Shown here piece by piece: positions 55,812 through 64,000 of a stretch of DNA of 64,000 nucleotides. The notes beneath the pieces were generated by a model that was given only the letters and a program-made list of their open reading frames with translations, searched no databases and was not told the origin of the DNA. The stretch is from the NCBI GenBank assembly GCA_965222215.1, contig OZ244931.1, positions 1,716,546 through 1,780,545 of the forward strand, read 5' to 3'. A program made the position numbers and the translations under genes. The DNA is from Alphaproteobacteria bacterium. GTDB lineage: Bacteria; Pseudomonadota; Alphaproteobacteria; UBA6615. Within the stretch, counting starts at the first letter, position 1. The number at the start of each line of letters is the position of its first letter.

Positions 55812-57410
55812 ATGGTCAATTATCCGCGGTGGGCGATGATCGTCACCGTCGTCGTCGCGCTGCTTGGCGTGATCTACGCTTCGCCGAACTTCCTGCTCTC
55901 GGAAGAGGAGGCGGAACAGGCGTCGGAAGGGGGCGGTGCGCTGTTGCCGACCAAGCAGATGAACCTCGGCCTGGACCTGCAGGGCGGATCGTCACTTCTG
56001 CTGAAGGTCGAACTGGATGTCGCAATCCGCGAGATCATGGAATCTGTCGAATCCCAGGTGCGTGACGCGCTCAGGGAGCGCAACGACAGGGTCGGCGACC
56101 GGATCGGGTATACCGGCCTTCGTTCCAATGAAGATGCCGTCACGGTCACGATCCGTGACCTTGCCGATGTCGACCGCGCGCGCGAACGGCTTGAGGACAT
56201 CGAGGACGGTTTTGTTCTTGAAGATGTTGGCGAGGGCCGTTTCCGCCTGTCCATGACCGAGGAAGAGGAGGCCGAACGGCGTCAGAATATCCTCGAACAG
56301 TCCATTGAAATTTCGCGCATTCGTATCGACGAACTCGGTGTGACGGAGCCGGTCATCCAGCAGCAGGGCAGCGACCGGATTCTTGCGCAGGTGCCGGGCA
56401 TCGACGACCCCGACCGGCTGATCGAAATCCTGGGCGACGTCGCGAAGATGTCGTTCCATCTCGTGAACGAGGAAGCGAATATCCAGGAAGCGCTGAACGG
56501 GCGCATCCCCGCCGGCTCCTTCGTGCGGTATGGTCCCGAAGACGAGGGGCGGCCCGCTTACGTCGTCGAGCGCCGGGTGATTGTCAGTGGCGAACGCCTG
56601 GTCGATGCGCAACCGTCGTTCCAGGACGGCCAGCCCATCGTGACCTTCCGGTTCGATGCGGCGGGCGGGCAACGTTTCGGCGAAGTCACGTCCGAGAATG
56701 TGGGTGTCCGTCTGGCGATCCTGCTCGACAACGAAGTCATCAGCGCGCCTGTGATCCGCAGCGCCATTCTGGGCGGCAGCGGGATCATCACGGGCCGCTT
56801 TACCGTCGCGGAAGTGAACGATCTTTCCCTGAAACTGCGCGCCGGCGCCTTGCCCGCGCCGATGACGCCGCTGGAGGTCCGGACCGTGGGACCTGGCCTC
56901 GGGCAGGATGCGATCGATGCCGGCAAGATCGCCAGCATGATCGGCCTGGTCGCGGTGGTCATCTTCATCATCGCGAGCTATGGCCTGTTTGGCGTGATGG
57001 CCGCGATCGCGTTGCTGTTCAATCTGTCCCTGATCGTGGCCCTGCTGTCGTTGTTGCAGGCGACACTGACCTTGCCGGGTATCGCCGGCATCGTCCTGAC
57101 GATCGGTATGGCCGTCGATGCGAACGTCCTGATTCTGGAACGCATCAAGGAGGAGACCCGGAACGGGCGAACGCCGATATCGGCCGTCGATTCCGGCTAC
57201 CGCCGCGCGCTGACAACGATCATCGATTCAAACCTGACGACCCTGATCGCTGCGATCCTGCTGTTCCAGTTCGGGACCGGTCCGATCAAGGGATTTGCGG
57301 TGACGCTCTCCATCGGAATTCTGACGTCGATGTTCACGGCGCTAATGCTCACGCGCCTGTTCGTCGTCGTCTGGTTGCGGCGGCGTCGGCCGCAGACCTT
57401 GCCGATCTAG
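55812..57410 (+). CDS. secD: Protein translocase subunit SecD
   Basis: 532 aa, periplasmic P1 domain plus 6 TM, conserved LGLDLQGG. Confidence 0.95.
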   Translation: MVNYPRWAMIVTVVVALLGVIYASPNFLLSEEEAEQASEGGGALLPTKQMNLGLDLQGGSSLLLKVELDVAIREIMESVESQVRDALRERNDRVGDRIGYTGLRSNEDAVTVTIRDLADVDRARERLEDIEDGFVLEDVGEGRFRLSMTEEEEAERRQNILEQSIEISRIRIDELGVTEPVIQQQGSDRILAQVPGIDDPDRLIEILGDVAKMSFHLVNEEANIQEALNGRIPAGSFVRYGPEDEGRPAYVVERRVIVSGERLVDAQPSFQDGQPIVTFRFDAAGGQRFGEVTSENVGVRLAILLDNEVISAPVIRSAILGGSGIITGRFTVAEVNDLSLKLRAGALPAPMTPLEVRTVGPGLGQDAIDAGKIASMIGLVAVVIFIIASYGLFGVMAAIALLFNLSLIVALLSLLQATLTLPGIAGIVLTIGMAVDANVLILERIKEETRNGRTPISAVDSGYRRALTTIIDSNLTTLIAAILLFQFGTGPIKGFAVTLSIGILTSMFTALMLTRLFVVVWLRRRRPQTLPI

Positions 57411-57420
57411 GGGAACGATC

Positions 57421-58398
57421 ATGTACAAGCTCAATATCGTCCCCCAGAACACGAATGTGAACTTCGTCGGCGCGCGGCGCTTTGCCTATCCGCTGTCGGC
57501 GTTGCTGATCATCGTCTCGATTGGCGCCTTCCTCGTCCAGGGGCTCAATTTCGGTATCGATTTCCGTGGCGGCATCCTGATCGAGATCAAGACGGAAGGC
57601 CCCGCCGATATCGCCCAGCTGCGTCAGGATATCGGTGCTCTCGGGCTTGGTGAGGTCCAGATCCAGGAATTCGGCGCGCCGGACGACATCCTCATTCGCG
57701 TCCAGGAACAGGACGGTGCTGAGGAAGAGCAGGTCAAGGCGATCGAAACGATCAAGGATGCGCTCGGCAATCAGGTCGCCGAGTACCGGCGAACCGAGTT
57801 CGTTGGGCCGACGGTCGGCGCGGAACTGATCGAATCCGCGATCTGGGCGGTCGTACTCGCGATCGGGGCGATCCTGATCTACATCTGGTTCCGGTTCGAG
57901 TGGCAATTCGGTGTGGGTGCCGTCATCGCGCTGACCCACGACGTGATCACCACAATCGGCATGTTCGCGATCACGCAGCTTGAATTTAATCTGGCGACTG
58001 TCGCGGCGATCCTGACCATCGCGGGCTACTCCATCAACGATACGGTCGTGATATACGACCGCGTGCGCGAGGAGCTGCGGCGCTACAAGAAGATGGACAT
58101 GCCGTCTTTGCTGAACCTGGCGGCGAACCGCACCCTGTCGCGTACGTTCATGACCAGTGTGACGACCCTGATTGCGCTTGTGGCCCTGGCGATCTTCGGC
58201 GGTTCCATCATTCGCGACTTTGCGCTTGCCATGATTTGGGGTGTCATCATCGGGACGTATTCGTCGGTGTTCATTGCGGTACCGGCGCTGCTGGCCCTTA
58301 AGCTCAACCGCGAGACGCTCTCGGCCGGACTGGATAGCGGTTCAGTGGGCGAGGCCGTCGACGGTGAGAGCGGGGACGACACCGAAGCCAAGTCGTGA
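57421..58398 (+). CDS. secF: Protein translocase subunit SecF
   Basis: 325 aa, FGIDFRGG motif, 6 TM. Confidence 0.95.
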   Translation: MYKLNIVPQNTNVNFVGARRFAYPLSALLIIVSIGAFLVQGLNFGIDFRGGILIEIKTEGPADIAQLRQDIGALGLGEVQIQEFGAPDDILIRVQEQDGAEEEQVKAIETIKDALGNQVAEYRRTEFVGPTVGAELIESAIWAVVLAIGAILIYIWFRFEWQFGVGAVIALTHDVITTIGMFAITQLEFNLATVAAILTIAGYSINDTVVIYDRVREELRRYKKMDMPSLLNLAANRTLSRTFMTSVTTLIALVALAIFGGSIIRDFALAMIWGVIIGTYSSVFIAVPALLALKLNRETLSAGLDSGSVGEAVDGESGDDTEAKS

Positions 58399-58784
58399 GC
58401 ACCGGCGCCGACGGCAGGTCCGAGCCGTATCAGATCATCGAGGGTTACGGGCCCGGACGTTTCCGGATTTCAGGCGTTGTGCACGAGACCTCGGTCCTCG
58501 TATTTCCCGAAACAGCGCACACCTGGGCCGTACCTGACTTCAATTCGCTGTCCGTCGATGACTTCACCCCGGTGCTGGAAGCAGCGGATCAGGTCGAGAT
58601 CCTGCTGCTGGGCTGCGGACGACGCATGGAACTTGTGCCGCGTGCGTTGCGCGATCCGTTACGAGCCGCCGGGATCGTGATCGAGCCAATGGATACGGGC
58701 GCGGCGGCCCGGACGTTCAACCTTCTCCTGTCCGAGGATCGCAAGGTGGCTGCGGCCCTGATCGCACTCCCCGAAGAAAGCTGA
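58395..58784 (+). CDS. Mth938-like (DUF498) domain protein
   Basis: 129 aa, conserved post-secF position, EILLLGCG motif; ATGA overlap with secF stop. Confidence 0.6.
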   Translation: MSTGADGRSEPYQIIEGYGPGRFRISGVVHETSVLVFPETAHTWAVPDFNSLSVDDFTPVLEAADQVEILLLGCGRRMELVPRALRDPLRAAGIVIEPMDTGAAARTFNLLLSEDRKVAAALIALPEES

Positions 58785-58791
58785 AACGAAA

Positions 58792-58820
58792 ACGGGGCCC
58801 CGAAGGGCCCCGTCCGTTTA
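58792..58820. terminator. Bidirectional intrinsic terminator between the convergent Mth938-like gene (+) and the 169-aa membrane protein gene (-): ACGGGGCCC-cgaa-GGGCCCCGT hairpin, A-run 5', T-rich 3'
   Basis: 9-bp GC stem with GNRA-like loop seen directly; aaacgaaaa upstream, ccgtttatt downstream. Confidence 0.7.
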
Positions 58821-58835
58821 TTCGATTTGGCGCGA

Positions 58836-59345
58836 TCAGAACGGCGGGTTCTGGAACGCCACCATGCCGTAGAGCATGGGGATCGAAAGAAGCGTATTGG
58901 TTCGCGAGAACAGCATCGCCGTACGTGCGGCGCCCGGCTTTTTCTCGGCCGGAGCATCCACAATGCCAAGAGCGATCTTCTGGTTGGGCCAGATGACGAA
59001 CCAGACATTGAACGCCATGATAAGTCCGAACCACATGGCGATACCCAGCATGGCCAATGTTGCACCGCCGCCGGCAAGGCCGATCGCAAGTGCATCACCG
59101 ATGTAGCCGTTCATCCATGCGAGAATCAGGCCCCAGAGTACGGTCGAAGCCGCGCTCCAGCGGAACCAGAACAGAACGGCCGGCGCAATGTGCTTGCCGA
59201 TCGCCGGTTTCATCTCATCCGGAATTTTCGGCATTGTCGGGACCTGAACGAAGTTCAGATACCAGAGCAGGCCGATCCACATGACGCCACTGACGACATG
59301 AAGCCAGCGAACGAGGTGCAGAAGAAAAGGATCATCAATCATCAT
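58836..59345 (-). CDS. Conserved hypothetical inner-membrane protein (169 aa, 4-5 TM; weak HemJ/CopD-like N-terminal pattern)
   Basis: AAGGAGAAAAACCA RBS before ATGATG; hydrophobic profile; family assignment speculative. Confidence 0.5.
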   Translation of the reverse strand: MMIDDPFLLHLVRWLHVVSGVMWIGLLWYLNFVQVPTMPKIPDEMKPAIGKHIAPAVLFWFRWSAASTVLWGLILAWMNGYIGDALAIGLAGGGATLAMLGIAMWFGLIMAFNVWFVIWPNQKIALGIVDAPAEKKPGAARTAMLFSRTNTLLSIPMLYGMVAFQNPPF

Positions 59346-59364
59346 TGGTTTTTCTCCTTGCGCC

Positions 59365-59460
59365 TAGCTGCCGATGCCTTGGGCGACGAGAACCATGATG
59401 ACGGTCAGAACGACCCCCAGCACGACTGTCGTCGGAAGCGATTCCAACGGGTTTTTCATG
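59365..59460 (-). CDS. Small hydrophobic peptide (31 aa, single TM: MKNPLESLPTTVVLGVVLTVIMVLVAQGIGS), first gene of a two-gene operon with the 169-aa membrane protein
   Basis: Not in ORF track (too short); strong RBS GAGGGGGAATACC before ATG; stop 18 nt before next gene's RBS/ATG. Confidence 0.45.
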
Positions 59461-59562
59461 GTATTCCCCCTCGTGGTTACCCGACTCGCACTATAGCAAA
59501 TCTGGCGCGTCGAACCTACGCAGCTTGAAAAACCGCTTGATATTACTTGCGAATCGAACCTG

Positions 59563-60405
59563 ATGACACCGAACGAAAGCGCGGAATATTGCCTGAACGA
59601 GGTGCGTCGCCACGACCATGACCGCTATCTGGCGTCGTTGTTCCTGCCGGCCGAAACAAGGGCTCACGCCTTTGCGTTTCAGGCGTTCAATCTCGAAATC
59701 GCTCGCACGCGCGAGATCGTCAGCGAACCGTTGCTTGGGCAAATTCGCTTGCAGTGGTGGCGCGAAACGATTGAGGGCATCTACGCCGGTACGCCGCGCG
59801 AACACCCGGTCGTTGCGGCTCTTGAAGCGGCTATCGAAGCCTGTGCGATCGACCAGGCGACACTTATCGCTTTGATCGATGCCCGCGAGGCCGATCTCGA
59901 TGACGGTCCGCCGCCGGATCTCGCGGGGCTGGAGGCGTACGCGGAGGCGACGTCGGGCGCCCTGGCGATGCTGGTGATGAAGACGACCGGGGGCGAGACG
60001 ACCGACTGCAGAGATGCCGCGAAGGATATCGGCACCGCATGGGCGCTGATTGGCCTGGCCCGCTCTGTCGCATTTCATGCCCGTCACCAGCGGCTCTACA
60101 TCCCCGAAGATCTGCTGACGGCCTACGAGGTCGAACGGCGGTCCTTGTTCGACCTCAAGCCGTCGCCGGCATTGAACAATGCCGTGCGTCGGATAACCGA
60201 CGTCGCCGCGAGCAGGCTGGCGCGCGCGCGCGCCCTGGGAAAAGATATGGGAAAGGCTCAGCGGCGCGCGCTGTTGCCGGGCGTGTTGGCCGGCCGTCAG
60301 ATCGCGCGCATGGAACAGGCGGGATTCGACCCGTTCGCGTTTACCGAACCCGCCATGTCGCCGGTATTTCGCCTGACCTGGTCGGCCCTGTGGGGCCGCT
60401 ACTAG
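59563..60405 (+). CDS. Phytoene/squalene synthase-family protein (NDUFAF6-like)
   Basis: Isoprenoid-synthase fold with trans-IPPS HH-like Asp-rich regions (DAREADLDD); 280 aa. Confidence 0.65.
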   Translation: MTPNESAEYCLNEVRRHDHDRYLASLFLPAETRAHAFAFQAFNLEIARTREIVSEPLLGQIRLQWWRETIEGIYAGTPREHPVVAALEAAIEACAIDQATLIALIDAREADLDDGPPPDLAGLEAYAEATSGALAMLVMKTTGGETTDCRDAAKDIGTAWALIGLARSVAFHARHQRLYIPEDLLTAYEVERRSLFDLKPSPALNNAVRRITDVAASRLARARALGKDMGKAQRRALLPGVLAGRQIARMEQAGFDPFAFTEPAMSPVFRLTWSALWGRY

Positions 60406-60408
60406 CGG

Positions 60409-61011
60409 CTACTCCGCCGCGTCGCGCGAATCCTCGACGCCGGCCTCGAAACTCACGCCTATGCCGCGAAGCTTGTCCAGCATGTCGTCGCCGAACTCTT
60501 CCGCGAGACGCTTCGCCTCGACTTCGGGGTGATCGATGTCGTTGAACGCTTCCTCGGAATCGCCGTTGATCCAGACCAGCAGGTGCCCGGTCTGATCGCT
60601 GACGTTTTCGAAGCGGCGAACCACGCGCGGCGGCACCGCGATCATGTCCCACTTGTCGAGCACGATCTCGTTCTCGCCCTCGTCGCCCCACTGAATCTTG
60701 AACTGCCCGTCGAGGCACATGAACGTCTCTCGGGTGAACTGGTGGGCGTGGAGCAGGGGGCCGTCGCCCGGCGGGCATTCGGCGATAATGACGCTCATTT
60801 TGTCCTGGGTCGTGACGGCGGGCTTCTGGGCCATCGGGCCGCCCTGGTTTTCCGGCGACATCAACAGGTACAGCGTACGCGCGGTCATGGTCTCGTAGAC
60901 CTCTGCCGGGATGCCGGCATCCGCGTCATAACTGGCGCTTTGCGGTGTTAGTTCCTTGAAACGCGCGATGCGCGTGTTCATTTCCTTCGGCGTAAAATTC
61001 ACGGTTTTCAC
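60409..61011 (-). CDS. Cupin-domain protein
   Basis: Cupin motifs G(X)5HxH-like (GDGPLLHAHQF) and later conserved His; 200 aa. Confidence 0.6.
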   Translation of the reverse strand: MKTVNFTPKEMNTRIARFKELTPQSASYDADAGIPAEVYETMTARTLYLLMSPENQGGPMAQKPAVTTQDKMSVIIAECPPGDGPLLHAHQFTRETFMCLDGQFKIQWGDEGENEIVLDKWDMIAVPPRVVRRFENVSDQTGHLLVWINGDSEEAFNDIDHPEVEAKRLAEEFGDDMLDKLRGIGVSFEAGVEDSRDAAE

Positions 61012-61148
61012 GCTTGTCTCCCTGGTCGCATCAGTGGTTCAGGCGAATAAATGCATATGGCGATTTTGCCATGAATGGCAGCATACGCCATGTCTATTGC
61101 CTGCTGTTTCCACTATGTGGAAACGATAGGGCCGCCTAGAATGACGGA

Positions 61149-61922
61149 ATGGCGAAGTACGAAAACACCTCCCTCGTGCGCGGCATGGCGATTCTCGAGG
61201 CGCTCGGAGAGGCCGGCGAGCCGCGCACGCTGACGGATATTGCTACTTTGGTCGGGCTGGCGCGGTCCACGGCCTTTCGTCTCCTGGCCGTCCTCCGGGA
61301 CCTGGGCTTCGTGCACAAGAATGCGCGTGACGGGCTGTATTCGCTCGGGTTCAACGCCTACCGTCTCGGTCAGACGTCTCGCGCCGTCGACAGCCTCGTG
61401 CGTGACGCACACCCGTTCCTGCGCCGGCTTGCCCACGACACGGGCCTGACGACTTATCTCGCGGCGCTCGAGGGACCGCAGGTTCTCGTTTGCGACGTCA
61501 TCCAGCCGCCGGACGGGTTGAAGCTGCCGTTCGAGATGGGGGTGCGGATCGATGCCCATGCCTGCGCCGCCGGCAAGGCCCTGCTGGCGACGCGTCCGGA
61601 AGACGAAATCGCCGAATATTTCGCGGCTCATGCCCCGCGGCGCTACACCGATCGAACGCTTTCGAATTTTGACGCGTTGCGGCGCGACCTGGGGGAAAGC
61701 CGGGTCAAAGGCTTTGCCGTCGAGCGGGGCGAGATGCGCGCCGATTTGGAGGCTCTGGCCGTCACGATCACGAGCAAGCTCGACAGGCCGATCCAGGCGA
61801 TTGCGACAGTCGGGCCGGTACCGCAGGAGGCCGATGCCGGGTTTCGCCAGCGTCTGGAGCGCATGCGCCGGACCATCGACGAATTCTACGATTATCGCAT
61901 CACCGGAGACGTCGGCGCGTAA
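61149..61922 (+). CDS. IclR-family transcriptional regulator
   Basis: N-terminal HTH (LTDIATLVGLARSTAFRLLAVL) plus C-terminal IclR effector domain. Confidence 0.85.
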   Translation: MAKYENTSLVRGMAILEALGEAGEPRTLTDIATLVGLARSTAFRLLAVLRDLGFVHKNARDGLYSLGFNAYRLGQTSRAVDSLVRDAHPFLRRLAHDTGLTTYLAALEGPQVLVCDVIQPPDGLKLPFEMGVRIDAHACAAGKALLATRPEDEIAEYFAAHAPRRYTDRTLSNFDALRRDLGESRVKGFAVERGEMRADLEALAVTITSKLDRPIQAIATVGPVPQEADAGFRQRLERMRRTIDEFYDYRITGDVGA

Positions 61923-61934
61923 CAGCGCTTTGTT

Positions 61935-62366
61935 CTAGCCGTCCGTGTCGGGAACGGGTCCTTTGAGTTCGACCGTGTTCCCTTCGGGATCGAGGCAGTA
62001 GATGCTCGGTCCCGTGCCCTCGGCACCGTAGCGCGGCCCGGCCTCGGTGATTTTCACATCGTGCGCGTCGAGATGGGCCCGAAGCGCCGCCTCGTCGAAG
62101 GGCTCGATGCGGATCGCGAAGTGATCCATGTTCAGGCCCTCATCGCCGGGCGCCGCCCCACCCTTACTCCCAAGCTTCCCATTGACAGTCACCAGATCGA
62201 CGAGGTGGGCGCCGACGCGAATCTGAAGGAGGTCGAATTCCTTATTGTGGCGGTCCACGGTGCCGCCGATCACGTCGCAATAGAACGCCTTCATCGTGTC
62301 GAGGTCGACGCAGCGGATCACGACATGGTCGAGACCGATCATCTTGAAGGGGGGATTGCCGGTCAT
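61935..62366 (-). CDS. VOC-family (glyoxalase) protein
   Basis: Two half-modules with His/Glu metal ligands (GLDHVVIRCVDL...HFAIRI...E). Confidence 0.65.
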   Translation of the reverse strand: MTGNPPFKMIGLDHVVIRCVDLDTMKAFYCDVIGGTVDRHNKEFDLLQIRVGAHLVDLVTVNGKLGSKGGAAPGDEGLNMDHFAIRIEPFDEAALRAHLDAHDVKITEAGPRYGAEGTGPSIYCLDPEGNTVELKGPVPDTDG

Positions 62367-62995
62367 GATGCTTTCCTCCGTCCGCGCAAACGTAGCACGA
62401 CCGCCGGGCCGCCATGGCGCTCGCTGTCGGGAATTTCCGACCGCATGGTTTCCAGATAGTCGATATCGACCAGTTCGCCGAAGTCCGCGCGCATCCGCTC
62501 CCCGGTGAACATCATCTCCTTCACCGGCGGTCCGCCCTTTCCATAGCCGAGATGTTCCGGCGCAAAGCCTTCGAGCAGCAGCACGCCGCCAGGCTTGAGC
62601 GTGCGGGCGATCGTGTCGTGCACGGCGGCGCGGTCATCGGCGTTCACATGCAGGAAAGCGAGAACAACGGCATCGTAGGCCGCGAGCGGCGCGTCCCACT
62701 CGCGCAGGTCCACGACGTGCGCGTCGATCGATACGCCTCGGTCGGCGGCGAGTTTGCGGGCTTTCTCCACACCGACCGGGGAAGCGTCGAGGGTCGTGAC
62801 CTGCATGCCTCGCTCGGCGAGCCAGACCCCGTTACGGCCTTCGCCGTCGCCCGGCACGAGCACGCTCATGCCCGGTTCGAGAAGATCGGCGTTCTCCGCC
62901 ATCCAGCGGTTGGGCTCGTGACCGAAGACGTACTCGTCGTCGGCGTAGCGCTCGTCCCAGAACGCACCCGGTTCGCTGGCGGGTTTGCTGCCCAT
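62363..62995 (-). CDS. Class I SAM-dependent methyltransferase
   Basis: Motif I VLVPGDGEGRNGVWLA, motif post-I/II; ATGA overlap with downstream VOC gene. Confidence 0.75.
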   Translation of the reverse strand: MGSKPASEPGAFWDERYADDEYVFGHEPNRWMAENADLLEPGMSVLVPGDGEGRNGVWLAERGMQVTTLDASPVGVEKARKLAADRGVSIDAHVVDLREWDAPLAAYDAVVLAFLHVNADDRAAVHDTIARTLKPGGVLLLEGFAPEHLGYGKGGPPVKEMMFTGERMRADFGELVDIDYLETMRSEIPDSERHGGPAVVLRLRGRRKAS

Positions 62996-62999
62996 GACG

Positions 63000-64000
63000 C
63001 TATTCCGCGGCCAGAGGGGTGTCGCTGAACCACACCGCGGTGTCGGACAGCGCGCGTTCGGCGGTCAGGCGGCGGCGCGCCAGCTTGCGCTCCTTGCGCT
63101 TGATATCCGCCAGCGCGCCGTCGTCGAGCGGCGGGAACAGGCCGAAGTTCACGTTCATCGGCTGGAATGTCTCGTCGTCGGCGCCGCCTGTAACATGCGC
63201 GAGCAGCGCGCCGTGTGCGGTGGTAACGGGTGGGCTCTCAACGGGGTCGCCGAGGCGTTCGGCGGCCGCGAAACGTCCCGCCAGCAGGCCCATGGCCGCG
63301 CTTTCGACGTAGCCTTCCACGCCCGTGACCTGGCCGGCAAAACGCAGGCGGGGCATCGCCTTGAGGCGAAGCGTACCGTCGAGCAGGCGTGGCGAGTTCA
63401 TGAACGTGTTCCGGTGAATGCCGCCGAGCCGCGCGAAGTCCGCGTTCTCCAGCCCCGGGATCATGCGGAAGACCTCCTGCTGCGGGCCGTAGCGCAGCTT
63501 GGTCTGGAAGCCGACCATGTTGAACAGCGTGCCGAGCGCGTTGTCCTGCCGGAGCTGGACTACGGCGTGGGGACGTGAGCCGTCATGGGCATTGGTCAGC
63601 CCGACGGGTTTCATCGGCCCGAAACGTAAGGTCTCCCGCCCACGCGACGCCATGACCTCGATCGGCAGGCAGCCTTCGAAATAGGGCGTGTCTTTCTCCC
63701 ACTCATGGAAGTCGACGGTGTCGCCATCGAGGAGCGCGTCGATGAACGCCTCGAACTGCGCTTCGTCCATCGGGCAGTTGATGTAGTCCTTCCCCGTGCC
63801 GCCGGGGCCCGGCTTGTCGTAGCGGGACTGAAACCACGCCTTGTCCATGTCGATGGATTCGGCGTGGACGATCGGCGCGATGGCGTCGAAGAAGGCGAGG
63901 TTTTCCTCGCCGGTGAGGTCGATGATGGCCTGGCTCAGGGCGGGCGAGGTGAGAGGGCCGGTCGCGACGACCACGCTGTCCCAGTCGTCCGGCGGCAGGC
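63000..64000 (-). CDS. trmFO: Methylenetetrahydrofolate--tRNA-(uracil-5-)-methyltransferase TrmFO, 3' portion (5' end beyond window)
   Basis: C-terminal TrmFO/GidA-family region ([20 protein letters not shown]); reading frame continues open to base 64000. Confidence 0.8.
   Translation of the reverse strand, partial: LPPDDWDSVVVATGPLTSPALSQAIIDLTGEENLAFFDAIAPIVHAESIDMDKAWFQSRYDKPGPGGTGKDYINCPMDEAQFEAFIDALLDGDTVDFHEWEKDTPYFEGCLPIEVMASRGRETLRFGPMKPVGLTNAHDGSRPHAVVQLRQDNALGTLFNMVGFQTKLRYGPQQEVFRMIPGLENADFARLGGIHRNTFMNSPRLLDGTLRLKAMPRLRFAGQVTGVEGYVESAAMGLLAGRFAAAERLGDPVESPPVTTAHGALLAHVTGGADDETFQPMNVNFGLFPPLDDGALADIKRKERKLARRRLTAERALSDTAVWFSDTPLAAE

Overview
This is a high-GC, alphaproteobacteria-like chromosomal segment, densely coded on both strands. 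Most of it is conserved housekeeping synteny: the 3' end of ntrY, then ntrX-trkA-dat-hfq-hflX; a pcm-like gene, tolC, a DUF2497 gene and valS; ilvD; and a long block xth/erpA-dgt-argS-SPOR-nagZ-M50 protease-scpA-scpB-(ABC ATPase)-tatABC-serS-surE-pcm-nlpD, then the DUF815 ATPase divergent from yajC-secD-secF-Mth938, ending with the 3' part of trmFO on the minus strand. Accessory content sits between these blocks:
- a TPR-sulfotransferase fusion;
- a MatA-like malonyl-CoA decarboxylase;
- an operon of two tandem YdhR-like paralogs, an MDR reductase and a Tat-secreted DM13 protein;
- an EamA transporter, type III polyketide synthase and ICMT-family methyltransferase operon (srsAB/bpsAB-like phenolic-lipid module);
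- a three-gene catabolic-looking cassette (cyclase, two-domain VOC dioxygenase-like protein, HpcH aldolase) bracketed by tRNA-Asn and tRNA-Cys;
- a NIPSNAP / 2OG-oxygenase pair;
- several small membrane proteins.
Two tRNAs (Asn-GTT, Cys-GCA), intrinsic terminators, a family of GTCGTCA-anchored palindromic intergenic repeats at three loci, and a recurring CTAG stop-codon overlap at five convergent gene ends are visible directly in the sequence. No CRISPR array, IS element, integrase or prophage was seen. The many long antisense or frame-shifted ORFs in the six-frame track are treated as high-GC artefacts.
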